Shown here one piece after another: positions 38,842 to 52,324 of a DNA stretch of 64,000 nucleotides (positions are counted from its first letter, which is position 1; the number at the start of each line of letters is the position of its first letter). Origin of the DNA: the human T2T-CHM13v2.0 reference genome, Homo sapiens. A model generated the notes under the pieces. The model saw only the letters and a program-made list of their open reading frames with translations. It made no database searches and had not been told where the DNA came from. The stretch is taken from assembly GCF_009914755.1 (NCBI RefSeq), contig NC_060933.1; one strand, written 5' to 3'. Position numbers and translations under genes: made by a program.

Positions 38842-41800
38842 TAGAATGAGCATTCCCTGAAGGCAGGTATCACATCTAATGTAGCTTTGCCACTAGTTTC
38901 TGACTGATTAAATATCTGTTCATGATTTCTGTATATATTATCATCACTCTTATTTAAACAGATAGAGGATAGACACAATGGCTTATGTTCCTCAGCACAT
39001 TGGATATATTTTAGAAATGTTGCTGAGCTTCAGTATCTGCAAAAAGCATCACTTCAGTGGTCTCAATACCCCCCCCCCCCTTTTATTTTTAACTTCAGTA
39101 GTGAACTTTACCCATCGAAGCTTCCAGCCAATGGAATATAATATATGAAGTAGTCAATTTTAAAAATTTGGAACAAAGGCATTAAAAAAAGAAAAACTAT
39201 GTATTATATCAAAATGAGTCTTTTTAACACTCCTGTGGGGAGAAAAAATACCCTTATTTCACAGTAGAGGAGGTTATCGCATTCAGTGGTTGAGTGCATT
39301 GACCAATGTAAGTGGAAGAGTCAGAATGAAAACCCAGGTCTGCCTGACACAAAGTCTATGTGGTTAACCACTCTGATATACTACATCATCTCTGCCTAGC
39401 AGGCATCAAGGGCTTTGCTCCCTGTAAAAAGAAGTCATTAAAGGTGTCATGAAAACAGGGATCCCACACTAATTTGCTACCTGGCATCCATTTTCTCCAG
39501 CGTGCCTAAAAGCAAAGAGCTGAACTTGCTCTCCTGAAGAAACCAGGGAGTTCAGAATCTCTGGTGTAAACAGCCACTTTCCACGGGGAAGGCAGCCTCT
39601 CTCAGCCTAAGTCTTACCAAATACAGCTGGGCAGGACAGGGCCAGCACAGACCTTATACTATACCGAAAAGCCAACAAAAAAAGGGAAGGGTACTCTGAA
39701 AATGCCAGCATTGAAAATCAAGGAAAAATTACACAAACCTTAATGATTATTCTAAGCTCTGTTTTTCTTTCTCAAAGCACTTAGATTCAGGTACTCACAC
39801 TACTACATAAGGACTCTGGTTGAATACAATGAACGGCAACAACAACAACAACAAAGGATTTTTTTCCATACTGAGGTGAGTTATTGAGGGTGTCTACAGC
39901 CTTCTCTGAAGAGCTTAGAGAGTAATTTTTCTCTCCCGGATGATTTGCTTGTGGCTTTGGTCTTTTTACCTCAGTGCAAGCAAGTGGATAGGTGACCTTT
40001 CAAGGTTATTCCATAAGCCCTCGCAATCTGTGTTCAGATGATAAATCAAAACAAAGACAGTTCAGAGGTTCGCCAGGGCTCTTTAGGGGCAGCCACAATT
40101 AGCATAGCTCTCTCAAGACCCGGCAGATGCTAGGCGTCAAGGCATCCTTATTTTTAGAACACTGGAGGTGGTTGCCCCCAAAAAGGATATAGACAGAAAG
40201 AGGAGCTGACCATGTCAAGGGCAACTTCAAACACATAGGAACACAAGTAAAACATTGATCATGCAAACATAGGGACCGTATAACTTTACATTTGGCAGCC
40301 ATTGCCACTAGCTGTTTCTCCCATCTCATAAGACTCCTATGGATAGAACATTTTAGAAGACAAAAGTGAGAAATATGCATTATTTTATGTCAGAGGAAGT
40401 CCTGGTAGGTGTTTGCATTGTTTTGTGAGAAATAGGCAGTCATATTAAAATATTATATGTTTCAGTACCTGTCACTTTTCAGCTGAGCTGCCTTCCATTT
40501 TTTAAAAAATGTGCATTTGATCCCAATTTGCTTTCACCTGTCTCTCAATTTCCACAAGACTCTAGTTGTCACCAATATCGTACACTCATTTTCACTTCTA
40601 TCTGTACCTAAACCCAAACCCTGACTATGGGAAATTACTACTCTGGGTATTCGGACGCATTTCTCCAACTTTTCTGCTTCTGTCAGGTGTTAATGACAAA
40701 GGTGTTAATGACAACACTGCAGGCTGTGGCCCCCAAATAACTCACCATCAGGTTGATGAATTTTCACTGAAAATACCCCTCCAGTCCTTTGCCCTAACCT
40801 GTCACTGACAACATTTTGACTTTATATATGTGTGCTTAAATCCTTTTGTTTTCTAATATTTGGATACTAATCCCAAGAAGGGCAGTGGATACGTGCAAAA
40901 TAATTGAAAACCATGTAAAACGTAGCCATAGATACAATGACTACATAAATCATGATGTGTTGGTTCAATGTAATGTATGCACTTACATAAAATTATTCAA
41001 CAATTATTTATTGAGTCTATGTGCCATATTTTATGCAAGTTGTTAGAGCAGAGGCAAAGAAAACTATCTCTATATGGAAATATTATCATAGGTAAGGAAA
41101 AGCCAAAAAAAATTAAAATAGTTATGTAATGCAGTAAATGTTATAATGAAGGCGAGACTAGGATGCTGCGGGAGAACAGAGGAGGGAGTGATCAATGCAA
41201 AACTAATTTAATAATATAAAGTGAAAAAATAAAATTATATCAATACTATAAACACATTATACATGCATATAGACAAACATTAGGAAGCAATGAGGGAAAG
41301 TGAAGTTATGTTAAGGTGGTGGATTTCTGGTTGGTTTTCTCTTTTTTCCTTCTCTTTATTTTTGTAATAAATGAAAGTTTGGTGAGGGAACATTAACTAA
41401 GTAAATGGTGCCTTGTGTGAAGCGTCACTTATAAAATGGATCTTACCAAACTAATAGGAGACACAAAAGGAAACTGACAGACTTTCTATACATAGACACA
41501 TGAAACTGATGTGCAGACCAATCCCAATACCACTGAAAAGGCAACTTGTGAGAACTATGGGAGCTATTTTTTCCTTATATTAACTAGAATATATTGTCAT
41601 TAGATGGGAAATCAACTGTAGAAATCAATCATTGTCTGGATAAAAATCATTAATCACTTGACGATGGTTAATGCAAAATATTGACTAATATGCTAATTTC
41701 ACAGATGATGCTAACATTTATCTAATTTTCTGGAGTTTGGTAAGGCTAGCATTCAAATTGCAGTTGAATTTAGAGTTCTTTTATGTCATATTAAATTGGT

Positions 41801-41989
41801 AATTTTCCCCCCTCTTTTTCTTTGCCTTTTCACATGCATCCAAAGTTAAGAAATAGCTTTTCTTTCTTTGTTGAGGTAATATTTTGAACTTGGATTGTGG
41901 ATAATTTCAGTATTATTGTTGGTTTCTCATGAACAATATCCATATGAATTCTCCTACGTGTTGAAATCCTATCTATCAATAAAAGCCCA

Positions 41990-42155
41990 GGCTGGGCATG
42001 GTGTCTCATGCCTGTAATCCCAACATATTGGGAGGCTGAGGTGGAGGATTGCTTGAGCCCAGGAGGTTGAGGCTACAGTGATTCATGATCATACCACTGC
42101 ACTCCAGCCTTCCAGCCTGGGTAACATAGTGAGACCCTGTCACATACACAAAAAA
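41990..42155 (+). mobile_element. Alu monomer (FRAM/FAM-like or collapsed AluJ)
   Basis: Single arm carrying the right-arm insert; internal 8-bp duplication tccagcct. Confidence 0.85.
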
Positions 42156-42414
42156 GTTCATATCTAGCCACAACTTTCTTATGAAATCTTTCCTGTCGAA
42201 AACAAATCTTAAATGGATATATTTTCCTCTTTTTAGAATGCCTGCCTCTTTAAATATAGGTTAATAATTGGTAATTTATTAGTGTCTAAATATTTGTGTG
42301 CTAGTCTTCACTACTTTAATTATAATTGCTGAAAGAAAGGTAATCTTACATTTTAACATTTACCCCTAGTACCTAGTAAATGGCTGCAAACATAAAAGCA
42401 ATTGAATCAAACCG

Positions 42415-45400
42415 ACACAGAACATTTTATCCAACTGCTGCTGAATATGCATTCTTTTTGTGAGCACCTGGAACATTTTGCAATATAGACCATATGTTAG
42501 GCTGAAAACCAAGTTTCAACAAATTAAAAAAAAAAATCAAAATCTTATTACGTGTCTTCTCTGACCACCGTGGAATAAAACTAAAAATAACGAGGAACTT
42601 TGGAAACTGTACAAAAAATATGGAAATTAATCAACATACTCCTGAATGACCAATGAGTCAATAAAGAAATTAAGAAGGAAACTTAAAAATTTCTTGAGAC
42701 ACATTAAAATGGAAACAACATACTAAAACCTATAGGATACAGCAAAAGTAGTACTAAACGGAAATTTATAGCAATAAATGACCACATCAAAAAAGTAAAA
42801 AGACTTCAGATAAACATCCCAAAAATGGACCTCAAAGAACTAGAAAAGTGAGAACAAACCAAACCCGAAATTAGTAGAATGAAAGAAATAAAGATCAAAG
42901 CAGAAATAAATCAAATTGAAACTAAAAAAAAGGAAAATTTCGTTTTTAAAAAAAGTTAAACAAATTGACAAACATTTGACTAGACTAAGAAAAATGAGAA
43001 AAGAACCAAATAAGTAAAATTGTTAGAGTAGGCAGATAGGTAGACATGAGCAGGAGAGGGGAGCCCCTGAGAAAAGGGAGGTCTGGGAAATCCCACGCCC
43101 CAGGGACCACTGGAACCAGCATGCTGGATATGAGGAGGGGAAGTTCCTAGGCAGAAAGGAACACCCATTAAGAAGCCCTGTAATCATTCACTCTGCATTT
43201 AACCTGTCAGAACGTAGTTCGATGCATGCCTAAGGAGGGGCAAAGGGCAATGAAGAAATTCCTAAGAGATAACACAGGAACCATTCATATTCAACATTGG
43301 CCCACGCATGTGCACCAATTAATAGTAACTGATGGTCCTACAAAAGCCTGAGACAGGGACTAGGCAGGGAGGTGGTGGGGAAAGAAGTAGGGGACTTAAG
43401 GCAGGGCTGACATCACAAAATCCCAATGCAGAACTCTCAGGGTGCTGCTGGCCCATTCCCTTAAGCAGCTTGCAGCTTGCTTTGTCTTATCTTTTCAGAG
43501 TGTACTGTCTCTCTCTCAATAAACTCTCTGCTCTTAATTTGCCTTCAATGAATTCTTTTTGGCTAAATTAGTCACTTGGCAGAATACTTTCTCTAAGTAA
43601 CACTAATAACCAGGATTCCTGAACCTCCTGGTAATGAAACAAAGACAAAAAAGGAGACCTTATAACTGATACCACAGAAATACAAAGAATCATTAGAGAA
43701 TCGTGTGCAGCAATACACCAATAAATTGAAAAACCTCGAAGAAATGGATAAATTCTTAAACACATGCACCCTACCAAGATTGAACCATAAAGAAATAGTA
43801 AATCTGAACAGACTAATAATGAATAATGAGATAGAGGTGGTAATAAAAAGCCTCCCATCATAAAAAATCCCAGGCCCTGATGGCATCACTGCTGAATTCC
43901 ACCAAATATTTAAAGACCTAATACTAATTCTACTCAAACTGTTACAAAAATTTAAAAAGAAATACTTCTAAACTCATTCCATGAGGCCAGCTTTACCCTG
44001 CTACCCAAACCAGACAAAGACGAACAATAAAAAACGCTACATGCCAATATCCTTAATGAACACAGATGCAGACATCCTAAACAAAATATTAGCAAACCAA
44101 ATTGAACAACACATTAAAAAGAGCAGTCTCTATCATCAGGTGGGATTTATTCCAGAGATGTAAAGATGGTTAATCACATTAGTAGAATCAAGGACAAAAG
44201 CCATATGATTATTTGATGATCTCAATAAATGCCAAAAAGCACTTGACTAAATTTTACATCACTGCATGGTAAAAACTTTCAACAAATTGAGTATAAATTT
44301 AGAAGTAATATACCTCTAAACAATAAAGACCATGTATGGACAAACACACAGCTAACATCATACTGAATGGGGCAAAATTGAAAGCCTTTAAAGGTTTGGA
44401 ACAAGACAAGGATGCCCAATTTCACCACTTATATTCAACATAGTACTAAAAGTTTTAGCAAAAGCAATTATACAGCAGAAAGAGATACAAGGCATCCAAA
44501 TGGGAAAGAAGTCAACTGTATTTGTCTGCAAATGATATGACCTTACATTTAGAAAAACTTAAAAACTTAAAAACTTCAATAAAAATGTTAGAACTGATAA
44601 ATTAATTCAGTAAGGTTGCAGTAAATGAAAAAAAATGCTCACCATCATTACTCATCTGGGAAATACAAATCATAACCACAGTGAGATATCATTTCATCCC
44701 CATTAAAATGGCTATTATCAAAAAGACAGAAAATAACAGATACTGGTAAGGATGTTGAGAAAGGGGAGCACTTGTATTTTGTTGGTGGAAATGCAAATTA
44801 GTGTAGCTACCATGGAAAACAGTATAAAGGTTCTTCAAAAAAACTAAAATACAACTATCTTATGATCCAAAAATCTCACTGCTGTGTATATATAAGAAAG
44901 AAAATCAATGTTTTAGAGATATCTGCACTCCTATGTTTATTGCAGCACTATTCATATAATAGCCAAAATATAGACTCAATCTAAATGTCCATCAATGGAC
45001 AAATAGGTAAAAAATGTGGTACATATACATACTGGAATACTATTCAGCCATGAAGAATGGAATCCTGTCATTTGCAGTAACATAGATGGAACTGGAGGAT
45101 ATCATATGAAGTGAAATAAGCCAGGCACAGAAAAACAAATCTCTCATGTGCAAATTATCTCATGGAGGTAGTAAATGGAATGGTGGTTACTAGTGACAGG
45201 GAAAGGTAGTGGGAAGAGGAGATTTAAAAAAAGGGGGGTTAGTTAATGGGTAATACAGTTAGATAGAATTAATAAATTCTAGTGTCCAATAGCACAATAG
45301 GGCAACTATAGCTAACAGTAATGTATTGTATATTTCAAAATAGCTAGAAGATTTGCAACATTCCACACACAAAGAAGTGATAAATGTTTGAGGTAGTGGA

Positions 45401-45510
45401 TATCCCAATTACCCTGATTTGATCATTACACATTGTATGCTTGTAGCAAAATATCACATCTCCATAAATATGTAGAATTAGTATGTATCAATAAAGAATA
45501 AAAATTAAAA
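42415..45510 (+). mobile_element. L1MA-type element (EN/RT remnants to 3' end) with LTR insertion and an internal deletion near 44621
   Basis: ORF2 remnants ([26 protein letters not shown]). Sequence jumps from the KVAGYK region to HMKKCS. L1MA 3'UTR at the end. Confidence 0.9.
43021..43636 (+). mobile_element. ERVL-class solo LTR (LTR18B-like)
   Basis: Starts TGTTAGAGTAGGCAGATAGGTAGACATGAGCAGG, has AATAAA near 43518, ~615 bp, and splits contiguous L1 sequence. Subfamily is from memory. Confidence 0.75.
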
Positions 45511-46647
45511 CACTTAAAGAGCCCAATAAATGCTTTTAAAAATTTGTATTTTCACATACACACATGACATACCTATTATTTTCAGCTTTAGCTGACACAG
45601 GTTTCAAAAATTCTCTTATGTCAAATTGAATTTTTAAACTCCAAAAGAGGAATTTAATATTCATATACACATATTCAGCAAGATTCCTTACAATACCATC
45701 AGTTACTTCTGACATATAATGACTCTTGCTGGCTTTATACTGAATTTAATCAAAGCCCAGTACAACTTTCTGCAACATTGGTAACTGGGTCAAATGCATA
45801 GGCCACTCAAGGTCTGGGCTAATTACCTACATTTGTACCACCTGGCAGATGTGAAAGACTTAAGATGTGCACGTGCTCATTAATTGAGGGTCAAGCTGTT
45901 CTTTGTAGAATTCAGCAAAACTTCAGCTGAAATATAATGCCATTCATTTTGCGGTAAAATTCCCAGGTTATTAAGCACTTTGAGATGTGCTCTCCCCTCC
46001 CCCCGTCATAAGTGAGAAATCTGAGTCCAGATGAACTTCAAACCTGGCCCTGCTCCTACAAGCTGTGTGACCCTGGACAGATCCCTGCCCCTTGTTGGGC
46101 CTCAGACTCCTGCCTATAACATATTTTTTCTAATGAATTACTAAGTACTTTTATGCTCAGACTGTAATTCTTTACTCTTTAATTGAATACTTGCAGCTAA
46201 TTTTTACTGTGTACTTACTATGTGGCAGGCAATTTGCTTTTATGAGTTTGCACTCTGTATCAGGCTGAAATTAAGCCATCTTGGGTTTACCCACAATGGA
46301 GATCTTTGCAAAAATGTATCTTTTTGCCTTGTCTGTGAACTACTGATAATCCAGTGATTTGTTCTCTTTAAGACTAAATGGGTCGAAAGCAAGTTCAATG
46401 CTAATTTAATGCACTTATTTTCCAGCCACCAAGCAAATTATTCCTTCCCAAGTCATGTTCAGTGGAGCAGGTGTTATCCGTTTCAAAATGTAGGCCTAAC
46501 TGGTGCATCTTTTAAATGGGTTTCAGGAAGGGGATTCACATGAGCCTTTTTTTGGGGTGGGAGGGGGGGAGGTGGACACCAGTCTGAATTAGTTGCTATT
46601 TTGAAAATTATAATATTTTAGTTTAATATAATGAGCTTGATACCCAC

Positions 46648-47510
<863 letters not shown>

Positions 47511-48032
47511 AAATTTTAAAAATACTCTAAGTTCAGCCTTAAGTACCTAGGGTTCTACAGAAGGTGCAGATTAGGGTCAGACCCAGAGTTGTCTCTTACT
47601 TTTGGTATCTGGTTAAAATCTTGGCACAGTAGAGAATTTATGTGCACCTAGGAGTGAAGAATCAAGAGGCAAAAGATTTATAGACCCTAAACTAAAATAA
47701 TACCTGGAAGAAGAAAGGCACATTGGGTCCTGGACCTCATACTCCAGGTTAGTGCACATAACTAAAAATGAAAAAGCAAAAAAAAACCCAACACTGCCAA
47801 CAACAACAACATACTCTCTGAAAAGCCAAGACAGAGAAGCCAAGAGGGTTTAGGAAGGCCATAATCAGAAAGCATCAACCACAAAAATTATAATGGAGGA
47901 ATGCCTGGGTAAGAGACTCAGGTGGAAAAGAGAAAGATATGATGTTTTGTGTGCAGGTGTAACTTGCCAGCTGGCCGACGAACTGCAGATTTGACTTCAT
48001 AAACCTCTACGACTTAATCACAGTGCCTAATC

Positions 48033-48035
<3 letters not shown>

Positions 48036-48071
<36 letters not shown>
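48036..48071 (+). repeat. (AG)18 microsatellite
   Basis: Direct reading. Confidence 0.97.
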
Positions 48072-48073
<2 letters not shown>

Positions 48074-48449
48074 TGTGTGATGCACGTGCATTTGCATGTA
48101 TGCTTATGTAGGGAGTGTGATAGACCTTATATATAAAGGATACTCATTGGGCTTTTCATCCTTGACACAGTATGTTTATAGTGGGTCACTTCTTTCCTCT
48201 GCTGCCTCCCTGGAAGAGACTGCCACCAGGTTTCTGGAGTGCCCTTCCAGAAGTCTTCTTTTGAAATATTAGTGATATCCATTATCATGTACACTGACTT
48301 CTCTAAGTCCAATGAAAGACTGACTGTGCAAAGGACTTCTATAGATTAGGAGAGAGGTAGATGCTGACTTCTAGGACTTGGGAACTCCTAAATATATATT
48401 ATTTAACATAGAGGTAATAAAAATCGTACATGTATTAATGGCACATGTA

Positions 48450-48499
48450 TGCCATTAAAAGTAATGGCAAAAACCACAATCACTTTTGCACCAACCTAA
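48450..48499. mobile_element. Half MADE1 (Hsmar1 MITE)
   Basis: TGCCATTAAAAGTAATGGCAAAAACCACAATCACTTTTGCACCAACCTAA|TA. Confidence 0.9.
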
Positions 48500-51400
48500 T
48501 AAAAGGCAATAAAATGGATTTTAAATAACAAATTCTCCTGTGACTCAATATTAGCTCCACTATACATGATGTCAAATAATTGTTGTTACGGTACTTGAAA
48601 TAAGCTTTTGAGGGGATTGGATTGTTTTCTAAAACCTCTTTCTCAGATATGCAACAATGATGTGACATTGATTTTAGATACTTAACAGGATAAACTCAGT
48701 GAAAAGACTAGACACGAGTGAAGCAACCTGAATACCTCACATTCACCGAAGAAGCTCTATGGAGGGTATTGTATTAAATTATGAGAGGTGGCAGCAGTGC
48801 TCAAATTGCCATATGGCACAGCTCCAAAATCAACTTGTAAGCTTTTTGGTAACTTGAAATAAGTTTTCCCACTGAAAGAACATTATAAAGGATGCTAGCT
48901 TTACTGGGAAGACTTCAGAAACAGATTCCACACATCACAGAGCCACAGAGTGGTATTAACAAGCCGAAAAGAAGGAGGAGAAAAAAAGGAGGGAGAAAAA
49001 GAAAAGGAAGGTTGGGGATTATTTTCCTTCTGGCTCCTTCACTATAAATTTCAAAAGCCTGAGTCAATGGAGTTGGATTAAATTCTTTAATAAAGATACT
49101 GTGGAAAATTATTTCTTTAGGCACCAGACTTTTACATGGTTCCATGCTTGTCAAATGACCAACTTAATTTACTAGAATACAATCTCTGCATTCCTGACAC
49201 CATATTCAATCAGACAAACATTTATTGAGCAGTATCTGAATGTCTGACACAGTGATAAGCTCTATAGAGCAATAGTTCTGACGTTTTTGGATTTCATAGT
49301 TTTTAAAAGTGGGGGCACTACCCGAAAGTTGACAATAGTTTTTTATTTGCCAAGAAAGTACACATAAAAAAACTGCCATATATTCTCATAATTATTCTTC
49401 ACTCTAGCCTGATAGAAACTTTATCCAGACTCTCAAGTTGGGAGCCACTGTACTGTGAAGTACCTAAAATTAATACAAAACATATTCCCACCTGCCTAGT
49501 CTCCTTATCCTGACATGCCAGCTCAATTCTTATTCAAACAATGTCTAAAACTGTTATTTCTGTCAAGACAATTCCAAATTACTTTTACAAAATATTTTCG
49601 ACTAATTGATTACTACTTAACAAATCAATCCTTCTTATTTCTAGACATCATCTGTTTGGGATCTATAATCACCATCAATGTGTTTTCACACATTTTTAAA
49701 GGAATTTTCTTAATCTAGTACAGAAGTTTCCAAACAAATTTTTTTTTAACTATAGAATCCTTTCTTCAAATGAAATCTTATTCAGAAAGACCAATATGTA
49801 AAATAGATCAAAGTGAGCTGTTCTGATTGAAGCAGCCAGCTTGGCTTCCCTTGCCCCTCTTCCACATGCCACAGAAGCCCTCAGGGCACTTTCACACAAC
49901 CTCCAGGGATCCACAGAGCATTCCTGAATAGCAACTGATGTAACAGAATCATCGACTTGTAGAATTTCTAAGTCAGGAGATGTTAGGGACTATCACAAGT
50001 TATACAATAAGCCCATGATCAAGAAGAACCTTGGAGCTCAACTGGTTTATGCCTTTCAACTCCCAGATAAGAAAACTAAGGCCCAGAAAGTGTGCAAAAT
50101 ATGCTCCCAATCTTCTGCGCCTGTGTTACATTCAGTGCTACTTAATGGCAGACATAACTACAAATCAAGATTTATTTGCCCAAGTCCAGTGCTTTTCCTA
50201 TATTGTTGCAAGTCTTTCAGAGGCATTGTTCCGGGGAAAAGATAGGACCATTCGGAAAAGAAATTTATTTAAAGCAGAGAAGAGAAAGCAGGGGGCAGAA
50301 AGGAAAAAAAAAGCACAAGTACAGCTGAATTATTGTTAGTTTCAAGTCTGAAGGAAACTAGGAATGAAATCATTGTTTACAAGAGGCTTACAATCTAGTC
50401 AGGAAAAAAAGGATGATGCACAAAAGGATGTTTACAACTTCTGTGATGCTCTAAGAAGATCTACTCCAAGCAATGACAAGTATTTATCAAAATTTTGATA
50501 ATTGATACATTGAAAGTTACTCTGAGATATGAGAAAAACTTGCCACACCACACAGTTGAAAATTAAAATTTATAGCAAAATTTGACAATCAAGTTCATAA
50601 AAGCTGCCCTATGGCAAAACTTTCATACATTTTGGGAAGGAGCACTTACTATTTCACAAGTCACAGCACTCAGATAGGCTAAACCTAGACCGATCAATCA
50701 GATTGAATATTACAGTGTGAGCACCAGCAACATGACCAATGAACATAGATAAATGGGTCCTGGGAGCAGACAGTGTAGGCAGATTTATACACTAATATTT
50801 TATTGTCCACCATGAACTTACCGTCAGTGCCCAACAAATTAAATTCTCTCTTCCCTTCCCTCCATTTTTTTTTTGTTCCCTCTCGTATTTCAATTTGTTT
50901 CATATGACAAACCCAAGCCTGTAAAATTCATCTATCAGCAAGTGGTTCTAAATTAGAAAGTACCACAACTGAGAAAGAAGCAGACTTTCTAATAGTGCCA
51001 ATTTATTTATTTTTCTATTGTTGAAAACCACTATAGTCATATTAAAGGAACTTATTCAAAAAAATTCTCATTTCTATAACTGTTTTCCATTTGTCCAGAT
51101 TCCCAATCTGTTTATATTCTTATATATTTTTAAAATAGTTCAAATCATGCTGTGCCACATAATTTTGCATTCTTGTTGATTGTTGCCCTCTGTAAGAATT
51201 TGTGTGATGTTGCTACTTAGTCTGTTTGACAGAGACCCTTAAACAAAGCCAATGTATATGGAGATATTTAAGTACAAGTCCTTGAATAACGCCATTTCAG
51301 TCAACATCATTTCATCATAACATTGATGAGAAAAAAAATCGATTCCTAGCTAGGGCCACTGTCTGTGTGGAGATGGCACATTCTCCCCGTCAGTGGGTTT

Positions 51401-51924
51401 TCTCAGGCTACTCTGGTTTCCTTCGAAACACCATAGATGTGCATGTTAGCTGCGTTGGTGTGTTTCAATCGTGTGGTGTGTTCTAATCCCAGTGTGAGTG
51501 CGTGTCAGTGTATGTGTGAGTGTGCCCTACAATGGGATGGCATCCTGTCCATGGATAGTTGCTCTCTTGAGTGTGAAGCTGCTGGAATGGGCTCTGGCCA
51601 CCTGTGACCCCCAAATGGAAAAAGTGGATTGAAAAATGAATAAGTTAATGAATATGAATTATTATAAAATTAAAATTTGTAAAGTATATATGATAATCAC
51701 ACAAATGCATGACAATAAATGATGTGGTAAGAAAGCATTAGTGATCCTGCCATATTTGTGATTATTTGCTTTTGGACTGCATGGTGGTAGGGAGAGCTCC
51801 TTAAAATTTCTGCTTTGCAAACATTTATTCCTTGATTTAATTCACTACAACAACTGCTGTCACTCACTGATTCACAAAAAATTGGGTAATTATCTCACTC
51901 ATTTTTATTAGTTTTTGTTAACCA

Positions 51925-51941
51925 TATAGATATATAGATAT

Positions 51942-51988
<47 letters not shown>

Positions 51989-52003
51989 TAGAGAGAGAGA
52001 GAG
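51925..52003 (+). repeat. Compound STR with (TAGA)11 core (51943-51986) and (GA)n
   Basis: Direct reading. Confidence 0.97.
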
Positions 52004-52040
52004 TTAGAGAGTTCACATTTATTTCAGTGTTTACTATTAG

Positions 52041-52324
<284 letters not shown>

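Noticed and set aside
43568-44163. RT-like peptides
   Set aside because: Dead L1MA with stops, an LTR insertion and an internal deletion.
48450-48499. miR-548-like precursor
   Set aside because: Only one MADE1 arm is present, so the long pre-miRNA hairpin cannot form.
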